Source: Candidatus Dormiibacterota bacterium
GTDB taxonomy: Bacteria > Chloroflexota > Dormibacteria > Aeolococcales > Aeolococcaceae
Direction: 5' to 3'
Assembly: GCA_963833055.1 (NCBI GenBank)
Contig: CAWHWM010000004.1
Location: forward strand, 253,460 to 317,459
DNA length: 64,000 nucleotides
In this document: one piece after another, positions 1-8,364 of the stretch
Position numbering within the stretch: the first letter of the stretch is position 1
Layout: each line of letters starts with the position of its first letter
The notes under the pieces: model-generated
What the model saw: only the letters and a program-made list of their open reading frames with translations
What the model was told of the DNA's origin: nothing
The model's database searches: none
Made by a program: the position numbers and the translations under genes

Positions 1-9
1 CACGACACG

Positions 10-1572
10 GTGACCTTCATGCAGGAATGCCTGGTGTCGGCGCGCGAGCAGCGCGAGCAGGCGGAGGCGATGGCGGAGCTGAGCCGCGCGAAGGTCAGCG
101 AGTTCGATGTGCCGACACTGTCGAAAGTGGATGAGTACGGCCGTCCGCAGTCATTGAAGCCCTGCCAGCGTGCTGCCATCGAGTATGCCGTCAAGGCGAA
201 GCGAACCTTCATCGGGGACCAGCAGGGCATCGGCAAGACGGCCGAGGGCATCGGCACCATCGAGTACCTGGGCGCGTTTCCCTGCCTCGTCGTCTGCAAG
301 AACCGTCTCAAACCCAACTGGGCGCGGGAGCTCGCGAAATGGGTCCCGCATCGCAGCGTTTCGGTGCTGGGTGCGACACCCGATCTGTTCGCCTCGACAA
401 GCGATTTCGTGATCATCAACTACGAGGCGCTGAGCAAGTTCAAGCTCTTCCTGCACGGCCGGCACTGGGCTGCCGTGATGGTCGATGAGAGTCAGAAGCT
501 CAAGTCACCGAGCGCAATTCGCACAACCGCAGTGCGCAAGCTGGTCGAGGCGCAGAACACCGACGTGCGGCTGCTCCTCACCGGGACGCCGATCATGAAC
601 AACCCCGGTGAGTTCATCGCCCAGATCGTGATTCTCGACCAGATGCGAGCCTTCGGCGGCACCGCGAAGGAATACAAGCGCCGCTACGTGAACGGTATGA
701 ACCTCCAGGCGCTGAACGACACGCTCCGCAAGACGTGCTACATCCGCCGCCTGAAATCCGAGGTGATGACGGAGCTCGAGCCGAAGGTGCTGGCGCCTGT
801 CACGCTCGAGCTCACCAACCGCGAGGAATACGACCGCGCCGAGGACGACGTGATCACGTGGATCGAACGTCATGCAGCGGAAGATGCGGCATTCCTGCGC
901 TCACTCGAAGGCATGGACGCGCTCGCCCGTCAGCAGGCGATCAAGGACCAGGCCGCCGACGCGGGACGGCGCGCGGCGCGCGCGGAGGCCCTCGTCCGTA
1001 TCAACGCGCTGAAGTACCTCGCGGTCCAGGGCAAGCTGGAACCGGCGATCGAATGGATCGAGGACTTCCTCGAGTCGGGAGAGAAGCTGGTGGTCTTCGG
1101 GGAGCGGGTCGAGATCCAGCGGGCGATTGCCGACCATTTCCCGGGCTGTGCGCGCCTCGCCGCCACCACACGGGACGGCGCCAGACCAACCACCAACGAC
1201 GAGCTGTACGCCGAGATGGATCGCTTCCAGACGGATCCGGACTGCCGCCTCATCGTGTGCGGCATCGACGTGGGCGGCGAGGGTTTCACGCTCACGGCGG
1301 CGAGCGACGTGGTCCTCATGGAATTCGGCTGGACGCCCACCGGCATCGACCAGGCCGGCGACCGCTGCCACCGCGAGGGGCAGACGGACAGCGTGACCGT
1401 CTGGCATCTGCTGGCGGAGAACACGATCGACGACTGGATCATGGAGCTCATCGATCGCAAGCGCCGGGTGGTCGTTGCGGCCACCGACGGTCAGGAGGTC
1501 GAGGATGTCGAGCTGCTCACCGAGATCATGAAGCGGCTCGTCGAGAAGAGGAGGGCGGGCGCGGCGGCGTGA
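10..1572 (+). CDS. SNF2-family helicase, SMARCAL1/HARP-like; 5' end probably outside the window
   Basis: Motif I DQQGIGKT, motif II VMVDESQ, motif III LLLTGTP, motif V GEGFTLTAA, motif VI QAGDRCHREGQ. The frame is open from base 1. Confidence 0.9.
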   Translation: MTFMQECLVSAREQREQAEAMAELSRAKVSEFDVPTLSKVDEYGRPQSLKPCQRAAIEYAVKAKRTFIGDQQGIGKTAEGIGTIEYLGAFPCLVVCKNRLKPNWARELAKWVPHRSVSVLGATPDLFASTSDFVIINYEALSKFKLFLHGRHWAAVMVDESQKLKSPSAIRTTAVRKLVEAQNTDVRLLLTGTPIMNNPGEFIAQIVILDQMRAFGGTAKEYKRRYVNGMNLQALNDTLRKTCYIRRLKSEVMTELEPKVLAPVTLELTNREEYDRAEDDVITWIERHAAEDAAFLRSLEGMDALARQQAIKDQAADAGRRAARAEALVRINALKYLAVQGKLEPAIEWIEDFLESGEKLVVFGERVEIQRAIADHFPGCARLAATTRDGARPTTNDELYAEMDRFQTDPDCRLIVCGIDVGGEGFTLTAASDVVLMEFGWTPTGIDQAGDRCHREGQTDSVTVWHLLAENTIDDWIMELIDRKRRVVVAATDGQEVEDVELLTEIMKRLVEKRRAGAAA

Positions 1573-1594
1573 GCGACGTGGAGCCGGCCGTAGC

Positions 1595-1650
1595 GAGCGG
1601 GGACGTCGAGCCGGTTCGGGATTCCGTCCCCGGCTCGACGCTCCTTTGTT
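1595..1650 (+). terminator. Hairpin between convergent genes, possible intrinsic terminator
   Basis: GTCGAGCCGG (1605-1614) pairs with CCGGCTCGAC (1630-1639); outer GAGCG/CGCTC pair; followed by CTTTGTT. Confidence 0.55.
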
Positions 1651-1654
1651 CAGC

Positions 1655-2212
1655 TCACAGGCGGCCTGCGGCGGCCTGACCGAGGTTCGTCATGACGGTG
1701 CTCGTTGGATTCCCGCTGCTCAGATCCTGGATGATCACGACAACGGATCCCTTGACGAATTCGAAGAGTCCGCTCCCGGTCAGGAAGGCGTGATCGCCGA
1801 CTCCAGTCACATCCTGGAACCCCGGTACCCCGCCCTTCGCCGCAGTTCGCGTGCCGTCAAAGGAGGAGCCGGCGGTGGTGCCGTCGGGGTAGGACGTGGC
1901 GATGATGGTCAGGTTCCCCGCCGCCGCGGTGTAGGTGCACTGTCCGCCGTTGCCGCCGGGCGTTCCTGCATCCGTGGCCTGCCCCAAAGCGGTGGACGCC
2001 TCCTCTGCGGTGATCAATGAGCACGCACTGGTGGTCGCGGCGTTCGGGGTCGGCGTGGTTGACGATGTTTGTGTCGCTGCGCTCGTGGACGTCGCAGGCT
2101 GTGATGCCCCCGCGGGACTCGTGCCACGTGCCGAGCCGCATGCCGCGATCGCGAGCACCGCTGCCGCGAGCGCACCGCTGGAAGCGAAACATTTGGCGTG
2201 CCTGATGGTCAT
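1655..2212 (-). CDS. Lipoprotein of unknown function (DUF3558-like), 185 aa
   Basis: Start at ATG 2212 overlapping the upstream TGA (ATGA); lipobox LAIAAC; Thr/Ser/Pro linker; ACSLIT...QCTY Cys pair. Confidence 0.75.
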   Translation of the reverse strand: MTIRHAKCFASSGALAAAVLAIAACGSARGTSPAGASQPATSTSAATQTSSTTPTPNAATTSACSLITAEEASTALGQATDAGTPGGNGGQCTYTAAAGNLTIIATSYPDGTTAGSSFDGTRTAAKGGVPGFQDVTGVGDHAFLTGSGLFEFVKGSVVVIIQDLSSGNPTSTVMTNLGQAAAGRL

Positions 2213-3021
2213 GCCGGCGCCAGTGCGGGCTCGAAGCTCGCGAGCATATGACGCAATGCCTCCTGGTCCGGACCAACGAACGGGTCGGCGCCCGGAGCGG
2301 CGGCGAGCATGTCGAACAACTGCGTCCCAAGCCCGATAGCCGGCGGGAGATGGGTGCTGAGCACGACGTCGGCATCCAGTTCCTGCATTGCTCGAACTGT
2401 GTTGAGGTAGCGCGCGGAGTCCACGTTGTGCACCCACGGGCTGTCCACGGTGGCCCAGAGGAGTTGCGCGGCACGCAGATCTGCAGCCGGGACCTCGCGC
2501 GAGTCGACGCTGCCCGCAAGTGCGGCTGAGGGCATCGGTGCGCCGAAACAGTCGGAGGTGAAGCAGATCTTCGACTTGTCGTCGAGGAAGCCCACCGTCG
2601 CCGGGTTGTCGAAGAGAGGAGGGCGGAACGCATGCAGCGTTCGGTCGCCGACATCGAGCTTCTGGCCTGGGTTCAACAGGTAGACGCGGTCGAGCGGCAC
2701 CGGTCGATCGGTCGACATCACGCCCACGCCGACGAATGTCGTCACCAGGCGAGCGTTGGGCGCCGCGTCGAGGAGGTCGAAGAGTCCTCCGGTGTGGTCG
2801 CGGTCCGGGTGCGTGAGGAAGATCCACCGGACGGTTGCGGGGTCGATGACAGCGCTCAGTGCGCCGACGAAGTCGCGATCAGGCAGGCTCAACCCCGTGT
2901 CGACGACGACGGGTTCCTGCGCGTGCAGGACGAACGCGTTGATGGGAAGGAAGCCGATCCCGGGTATTGCCAGTTGATCGTTGAGCACGGAGACGTGCTC
3001 GTTGATTCGAAAGGTGTGCAT
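2209..3021 (-). CDS. MBL-fold metallo-hydrolase, FprA/ODP-like di-iron domain without a flavodoxin domain
   Basis: VVVDTG, THPDRDHTGG, FTSDCFG and LSTH metal-ligand motifs. Confidence 0.85.
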   Translation of the reverse strand: MHTFRINEHVSVLNDQLAIPGIGFLPINAFVLHAQEPVVVDTGLSLPDRDFVGALSAVIDPATVRWIFLTHPDRDHTGGLFDLLDAAPNARLVTTFVGVGVMSTDRPVPLDRVYLLNPGQKLDVGDRTLHAFRPPLFDNPATVGFLDDKSKICFTSDCFGAPMPSAALAGSVDSREVPAADLRAAQLLWATVDSPWVHNVDSARYLNTVRAMQELDADVVLSTHLPPAIGLGTQLFDMLAAAPGADPFVGPDQEALRHMLASFEPALAPA

Positions 3022-3083
3022 CGCTGCTCCTCGTGGGTGGGCGGGCGGTGTTCAGTCGCTCAGGCGGGCGGGTGGTGCACTTC

Positions 3084-3884
3084 TCAGAAGGGCACCGGCG
3101 TGGTGAGCAAGCCGACACCGGGCGCACGCCCGGCGATTGTCCAGCAGAAATCAAATGCGTCGAGCTCGATGACCTCGCCGCCGTCTCCCGCGCGCCACTG
3201 CCCTCCGGCCGGACCCGTGAGGACGAGTGTGAACGGCTGCTTGTGCCGATGAGCCCAGTCGGCGACGGCATCGGCCACAAGCCGGTCGTCGTGGCCGGCG
3301 GTCACCACCATGTCACGCCCTGTCGCACGTGAGATGTCGAGGCGGTGCATCCACGTGTCGCGCGTGAAGATGGTGTCGACAAGGTAGCCATACGCCCAGC
3401 GCTCCGCCGCAAACGGTGGATCCTGGCGGAGATGCACCATCCTGCGCATCAACGCGGGCGCGTTGCGCCGAGTCCGCACAGCGCGCCCGGCGACCGTGGC
3501 CAGGCCATCGGTCAACTGGCGCGGTGTGAGCGCAGCGCGGTCATGCACCTGACACGCATTCATTGCATCGATCATCGCGCCGCCCGTGCGCTTGCGTGCC
3601 ACACGGAAGTCGTGCACGAACTGCCGGTATGACGCCTGTGCTTCGGCCATGCCTACGACATGCGCGACCATCGACCGTACATTCCACAGGGAGCACACAG
3701 TTGGTCGCTCCCAGTCATCCGGGCTCAGCAGCTCCAGGAGGTCGATCGTCCTGGCGAATTCAGCCTCTGCGAGGATCATCGCGTCGTCGTGGCCCAGCTT
3801 GGCCAGCGTGCCGACGTCGATCGATGCGCTTCCGGCGGAACCGGGCATCGTGTTCGTCGATCGCAGCGGCGTCGCACCTGTCAT
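3084..3884 (-). CDS. Maleylpyruvate isomerase / MDMPI family (DinB superfamily) thiol-dependent enzyme
   Basis: DWERPTVCSLWNVRSMVAHV and DTWMHRLDI motifs. Confidence 0.85.
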   Translation of the reverse strand: MTGATPLRSTNTMPGSAGSASIDVGTLAKLGHDDAMILAEAEFARTIDLLELLSPDDWERPTVCSLWNVRSMVAHVVGMAEAQASYRQFVHDFRVARKRTGGAMIDAMNACQVHDRAALTPRQLTDGLATVAGRAVRTRRNAPALMRRMVHLRQDPPFAAERWAYGYLVDTIFTRDTWMHRLDISRATGRDMVVTAGHDDRLVADAVADWAHRHKQPFTLVLTGPAGGQWRAGDGGEVIELDAFDFCWTIAGRAPGVGLLTTPVPF

Positions 3885-4498
3885 TCGTCCACCCTCCTGG
3901 CTCGCTTTCTCTGCTTGTTGGTGATGTGATCCAGGTACATGTCCACCACGTCATCGATCAGGCGAAGCCAACGATCGCCGCCGGGATCATTTGCATTCTG
4001 CTGGGCCGAGAGCCCGCTGACGAGGGCGGTCCAGATGTCGAACGCTGTCGCGCCGCGGAGCCCTGCGGCGGCGAAGCGCTCACGCATCTCGTCCACGACC
4101 TGCATCGCAACCGCATACGCTTCGGCTGACGGCTCGAAGTCGGGGATGGTGCGCTGAAACAGCAATTGATATCGCTGCAGGTCTTCCATGCTGAACTCGA
4201 CGAAGACACGCGCACAGAGGCGCAGGATCGCCCTGGCCTCGTGCGGCCAGCGCTGCTCGGCGAGGCGCGCAAGGAGTTGCTGGTTGCCCTGTACGAACAT
4301 GGCCTCGTAGATCGCGCGCTTCGAGTTGAAGTACCAGTACAGCGACGGCGGGCGCATGCCGATCCGGCGCGCCACGTCCCGCAGGGAGAGGCCGGCCAGT
4401 CCTTCCGAGTGCGCCACCTCCCAGGCGGCCTCGAGGATCTCGGCGGTCACGGCTTCGCGGCGTTCTGCCTGTCTATCCCGCGTCGGGGAATCTAACAT
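3881..4498 (-). CDS. TetR/AcrR family transcriptional regulator
   Basis: HTH LSLRDVARRIGMRPPSLYWYFNSK; stop overlaps the next start. Confidence 0.95.
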   Translation of the reverse strand: MLDSPTRDRQAERREAVTAEILEAAWEVAHSEGLAGLSLRDVARRIGMRPPSLYWYFNSKRAIYEAMFVQGNQQLLARLAEQRWPHEARAILRLCARVFVEFSMEDLQRYQLLFQRTIPDFEPSAEAYAVAMQVVDEMRERFAAAGLRGATAFDIWTALVSGLSAQQNANDPGGDRWLRLIDDVVDMYLDHITNKQRKRARRVDE

Positions 4499-4524
4499 GG
4501 TTAGAACTATCGCACATCGTTAGA
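4491..4524. promoter_or_regulatory. Candidate tandem TetR operator
   Basis: Perfect palindrome TCTAAC-ATG-GTTAGA (4491-4505) over the TetR start codon, plus an imperfect copy TCGCAC-ATC-GTTAGA (4510-4524). Confidence 0.7.
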
Positions 4525-4607
4525 GAGAACGCAAACCACAGGGTCCGTCAGCTCCTCAGGCCGGGTCGGTCCCCGGCAGGCACTCTGTCGGATACTGCCC
4601 GCACCCG

Positions 4608-6092
4608 ATGAAGCGCCCAGCCGACCGTTCCAGCACTGCAATCATCGCGGTGGCTGCCGTGATGGCCGCCGGCATCACGCTCTATCAACTGAGCCGTCCC
4701 GGTTTGCTGTTCGGCATCACGCCCGACATCTCGGTCTGGATCGGGGCGTCGATCCGCCTGATCCACGGATCGCTTCCGTATCGCGACTTCGACCTCGTCC
4801 AGCCTCCGGGATTCACGCTGCTCGCCACACCATTTGCGGCACTCTCCGAGTGGGTTGGGACGCGCAACGCGCTCGCGGTCCTGCGAATCTGCACACCGCT
4901 GCTGGCAGCGGGGAGCGTGCTGCTCATGGGACGGGTGATGCGCCACCGTGGGCGCGGCGCGCTGATCGTCGCGTGCGGAGTCATGGCGTTCTTTCCAGCA
5001 GAGCTCTATGCATTGCGCAGCGGGCTCCTCGAGTTGGTCGTCGACTTCTTCTGCCTGGCCGGCCTCGCGATCATCTTCAACGGAGATTCGCTGGTTGCAT
5101 CGCGCCGCCGACTGTTCGCCGGAGGCATCGTCTTCGGGATCGCCGGGCTGGTGAAGTCACCAGCCATCGTCCCCGTGCTCGTCGTTCTCGTGCTCTGCCT
5201 GCCGGAGATTCGCGCCCGGCTGGCGCCGTTTCTCCTGGGTGTCGTCGCGGGATTCGCGGTACCGACCCTCCCGTTCTTCCTCCTCGCGCCAGGGTCCTTC
5301 GTCCGCGATGTGCTGAGCCCGCTGACGTACATACCGGTGGCACAGCGCGTCTCGATCACGTCGCGCCTCGGTGAGCTCACCGGTACCTATGCAATCGGCG
5401 GCGGCGCTGCAAGCGCGATCATCGCGACAGTCGTGATCATCGCGATCGTGATCGCCGCATTCACGATCCCGCCGCGCAGGAAACCGTCACCGCTCGAGTG
5501 GTTCGCGATCTGCAGCACCATTCTCGCCGCGATCGCACAGCTCGGACCTGCCTACTACTACCCGCAGTACGCGGCATTCATGGCGCCGTTCCTCGGGCTG
5601 CTGTTGGGCATCTCACTCGCGCGGCTGCTCGAGCAGAGATCGGCGCGAGTAACCGTGGCGATCGCAGGCGTCGCCATGGCTGGGTTGTGCGTCAGCCAGT
5701 TGATCGCCATCCGCGGCGAGTTAGCCGTCGACATCAACAACGTCGTGGATGCAGTCGTTCCTGCGGGAGCGTGTGTGCTGTCCGATGCGCCGTCAAAGCT
5801 CGTGACGACGAACCGCTTTGTTGCCGCTCGACCCGGGTGCAACACCATGATCGATCCCGAGGGCGCGACACTCTCATACGGGCTCGGGTCGGCGGGGGCA
5901 GAGCATCTCTGGACCGTCGAGGTCGAACAGTCCGACTACCTGGTCACCAGCACACCGTTTGCGGGATGGGATATTCCACCGGACGCGGCGCTCCAGGCGT
6001 ACGTGAGCGCGAACTTTCAGCTTGTACGCGACGGTGGGCTCCTGTTCTACGTGCGCAACGGGTTCCCGCACGGCGGGACAGCAGCCGGCTGA
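4608..6092 (+). CDS. GT-C fold polytopic membrane glycosyltransferase (GT87/PMT-like)
   Basis: First loop PDISVW...GSLPYRDFDLVQPPG; more than 10 hydrophobic segments. Confidence 0.75.
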   Translation: MKRPADRSSTAIIAVAAVMAAGITLYQLSRPGLLFGITPDISVWIGASIRLIHGSLPYRDFDLVQPPGFTLLATPFAALSEWVGTRNALAVLRICTPLLAAGSVLLMGRVMRHRGRGALIVACGVMAFFPAELYALRSGLLELVVDFFCLAGLAIIFNGDSLVASRRRLFAGGIVFGIAGLVKSPAIVPVLVVLVLCLPEIRARLAPFLLGVVAGFAVPTLPFFLLAPGSFVRDVLSPLTYIPVAQRVSITSRLGELTGTYAIGGGAASAIIATVVIIAIVIAAFTIPPRRKPSPLEWFAICSTILAAIAQLGPAYYYPQYAAFMAPFLGLLLGISLARLLEQRSARVTVAIAGVAMAGLCVSQLIAIRGELAVDINNVVDAVVPAGACVLSDAPSKLVTTNRFVAARPGCNTMIDPEGATLSYGLGSAGAEHLWTVEVEQSDYLVTSTPFAGWDIPPDAALQAYVSANFQLVRDGGLLFYVRNGFPHGGTAAG

Positions 6093-6108
6093 CCCACGGT
6101 GTTGCGTC

Positions 6109-6911
6109 TCACGGCTTGGGTGGCTGTGAGGCCCGCTGACTCACAAGCTCCATGTTGCTCTTGTGCACATCCGGCAACCAGTCCGGTCCGTACGTCGCAT
6201 CCGGCGCGAGCCGCGAATCGGCCGGGTCAACACCATCTCGCAACGCGTGGATGTATCTGCGATCTGCTTCGACGCGTGCGCCGACGTCGGTACCGCTGGC
6301 AACGCTGCCATGACCTGGAATCACCACCGCTGCCTCCGCCGACGCCAGAAGGTCAAGGCCATGTGTGTAATCACTGCACAGGGATCGGCGCCGCGCGGAT
6401 CGAAGAGCGGGATCTCGACATCAGACAGCATGTCGCCCGCGACGAGCACGCCGACATCTTCGACGAGCAGCCCCGCATGGCCGGGAGCATGACCGTCATG
6501 CTCGAGGATCCGGATGGCTCGACCGCTCCAGGGAATCTGCGCAGTGCCCGGTGGGAGTGCGGTGATGGCAGCCAGCGTGTCGAGCGGCGCGCCTGGAGCG
6601 AGGGCGGAGGCCATCTTGTGGTTGGCCGCGAGCCGCGCTCGTGCCGTTGCCGCGCATTTGGCGGTTCCATAGCGCGTGGCATCGCCAAGGCGGACATGCC
6701 AGAGCAGATGATCCCAGTGGGGATGCGTCGAGAAACCCATGGTCACGGTGACGCCGAGCGCATCGAGGTCGTCGGCCAGGTCGGCGAGGTCGTTGCCGTT
6801 GACGCCGGCGTCAATCAGCAGGTTCTCGATTCGCGTCCCGACAAGAATTGCGTTGCTCTGGCAGAACGTACTCTGACGGACGAAGACCCCGTCAGCGACT
6901 TCGAGAAGCAT
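6109..6911 (-). CDS. MBL-fold hydrolase, one frameshift near 6372 (probable sequencing indel)
   Basis: THPHWDH, HDGHAPGH and VAGDML in one frame; DYTHGLDLLASAEAAVVIPGHG continues in another. Confidence 0.8.
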
Positions 6912-6969
6912 CTGCTGTCAGGACGATACCGGACGTGCACCACGCCACGACCCTGACGGATCCTTGAGA

Positions 6970-7320
6970 TCAGCCGGTTGCGAGAGCCCGAAGTGCGAAC
7001 AAGACTGTCATCACCGCTCCGCCGGCGAGCCAGATCTGCTCTTCCCGACCACCGAGCCGTTTGCCGATCAACATCGCGATGGGGAGCGTGACGAGTGTGG
7101 CCGCGCCGTAGAACCAGTGAATGAGTTGCTGAGGCCGATCGCCCGTGGCCACCAGCACGAGTCCGATCGCAACCTGCACCGCAACGAGCGCGATCATCAC
7201 TTGTAGATACCGGCGGATCAGCGGCAGCAAGCGTGGGCGAAGCAAGCCCGCGATCGCGGCGACCGCGCCAAGCAGAGCCAGAACGGTCAGTACGAAACCG
7301 TACCGATCGTGGATCAGCAC
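6970..7320 (-). CDS. Small 4-TM membrane protein, unknown function
   Basis: 116-aa hydrophobic ORF with IHWFYG motif; TAGCAT -10 hexamer 6 nt upstream of the GTG start. Confidence 0.7.
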   Translation of the reverse strand: MLIHDRYGFVLTVLALLGAVAAIAGLLRPRLLPLIRRYLQVMIALVAVQVAIGLVLVATGDRPQQLIHWFYGAATLVTLPIAMLIGKRLGGREEQIWLAGGAVMTVLFALRALATG

Positions 7321-7565
7321 GAGGCTATGCTAGACCGATCGTGAACGACCGCACAGCGGGCGTGGTTGAAGCATTCGATGCACGTCTTCGGTTCGCGGGT
7401 CGTCGAATGCAGGGTGGCGCACTCGATCGTGGTCCGTATGGGTCTTTGGTCACTGACATGCATGGCTTTTGTCGCCTGACTCCGGCGACAACGGCCCCTA
7501 CCGTCCACAGCGAGTGAGCGTACAGACTCGCGCTTGATACCGCGCCGGCACCACGGAGGATCCCG

Positions 7566-7715
7566 ATGAACGCGCCCGCCCCGTACATCCACTGGGGCTT
7601 CATCCTGATCTCACTGCCGAATTTTGTGCTCATCTGCGTGATGGTCGTGCTTTTCGTCCTCGCACTTGTCGTCCCTTTCCCGCATCACCATCCGAAGGAA
7701 CCTCGCGATGACTGA
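7566..7715 (+). CDS. 49-aa single-TM micropeptide, first gene of the cytochrome b module (absent from the ORF track)
   Basis: GGAGG RBS then ATG: MNAPAPYIHWGFILISLPNFVLICVMVVLFVLALVVPFPHHHPKEPRDD; its stop overlaps the cytochrome b start. Confidence 0.8.
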   Translation: MNAPAPYIHWGFILISLPNFVLICVMVVLFVLALVVPFPHHHPKEPRDD

Positions 7716-8364
7716 CGGAGCTGCACCAGAGCGCGTGGACCGGGTCGAGGATGATGAGACCGGTTGGACCGCCTCGGTACGACGTCGCGTCGAAAAGACG
7801 TTGCCGATCACAGAGCTGCTTCCCACCAGGCAGCCGGCGTACGTCGGCTCGTGGGTCTATGTGTTCGGCGTCGTCACAATCGCGGCGCTCTTCTGGGTGG
7901 TGCTGAGTGGTGTCGTGCTTGCCTTCTTCGGCTCCGCGTGGTGGCACGTGTCGTCAATTGGGCACTTCTTCAACAGCATCCATTTCTGGTCCGTCCAGAT
8001 GTTCTTCATCTTCATGGTGCTGCATCTCTGGGGTCAGTTCTGGGGAGCCGGTTGGCGCGACGGGAGGGCCAAGACCTGGATGGTCGGCGTCGTGATCTTC
8101 ACCATCAGCATTGGCACTGCGTTCACCGGCTACGTGATCCAGCAGAACTTCGATTCTCAGTGGATCGCCATCAATGCCAAGGATGCGATCAACTCCACCG
8201 GCGTGGGCGGATTGTTCAACGCCCTCAACTTTGGCCAGATGTATGGGCTGCACGTGATGCTGTTCCCAATTGGTGTGACGTTGCTTGTTGTGCTGCACAT
8301 CGTCCAGGTGCGAGCGAAGGGTGTTGTACGGCCGATTGATGATCCGATGCAGGTGACGCCGTGA
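7708..8364 (+). CDS. Cytochrome b/b6 N-terminal (4-TM, diheme) protein
   Basis: H-x13-H in helix B (SIHFWSVQMFFIFMVLH), H-x14-H in helix D (LHVMLFPIGVTLLVVLH), and AFTGYV...WIA. Start ATG 7708 (MTDG). Confidence 0.9.
   Translation: MTDGAAPERVDRVEDDETGWTASVRRRVEKTLPITELLPTRQPAYVGSWVYVFGVVTIAALFWVVLSGVVLAFFGSAWWHVSSIGHFFNSIHFWSVQMFFIFMVLHLWGQFWGAGWRDGRAKTWMVGVVIFTISIGTAFTGYVIQQNFDSQWIAINAKDAINSTGVGGLFNALNFGQMYGLHVMLFPIGVTLLVVLHIVQVRAKGVVRPIDDPMQVTP

Noticed and set aside
1609-1638. Resemblance to a tRNA-Gly 3' end (possible att remnant after a phage-like helicase)
   Set aside because: Needs gaps in the T-loop, lacks CCA, has no D or anticodon arm and no integrase nearby; better explained as a GC-rich hairpin.
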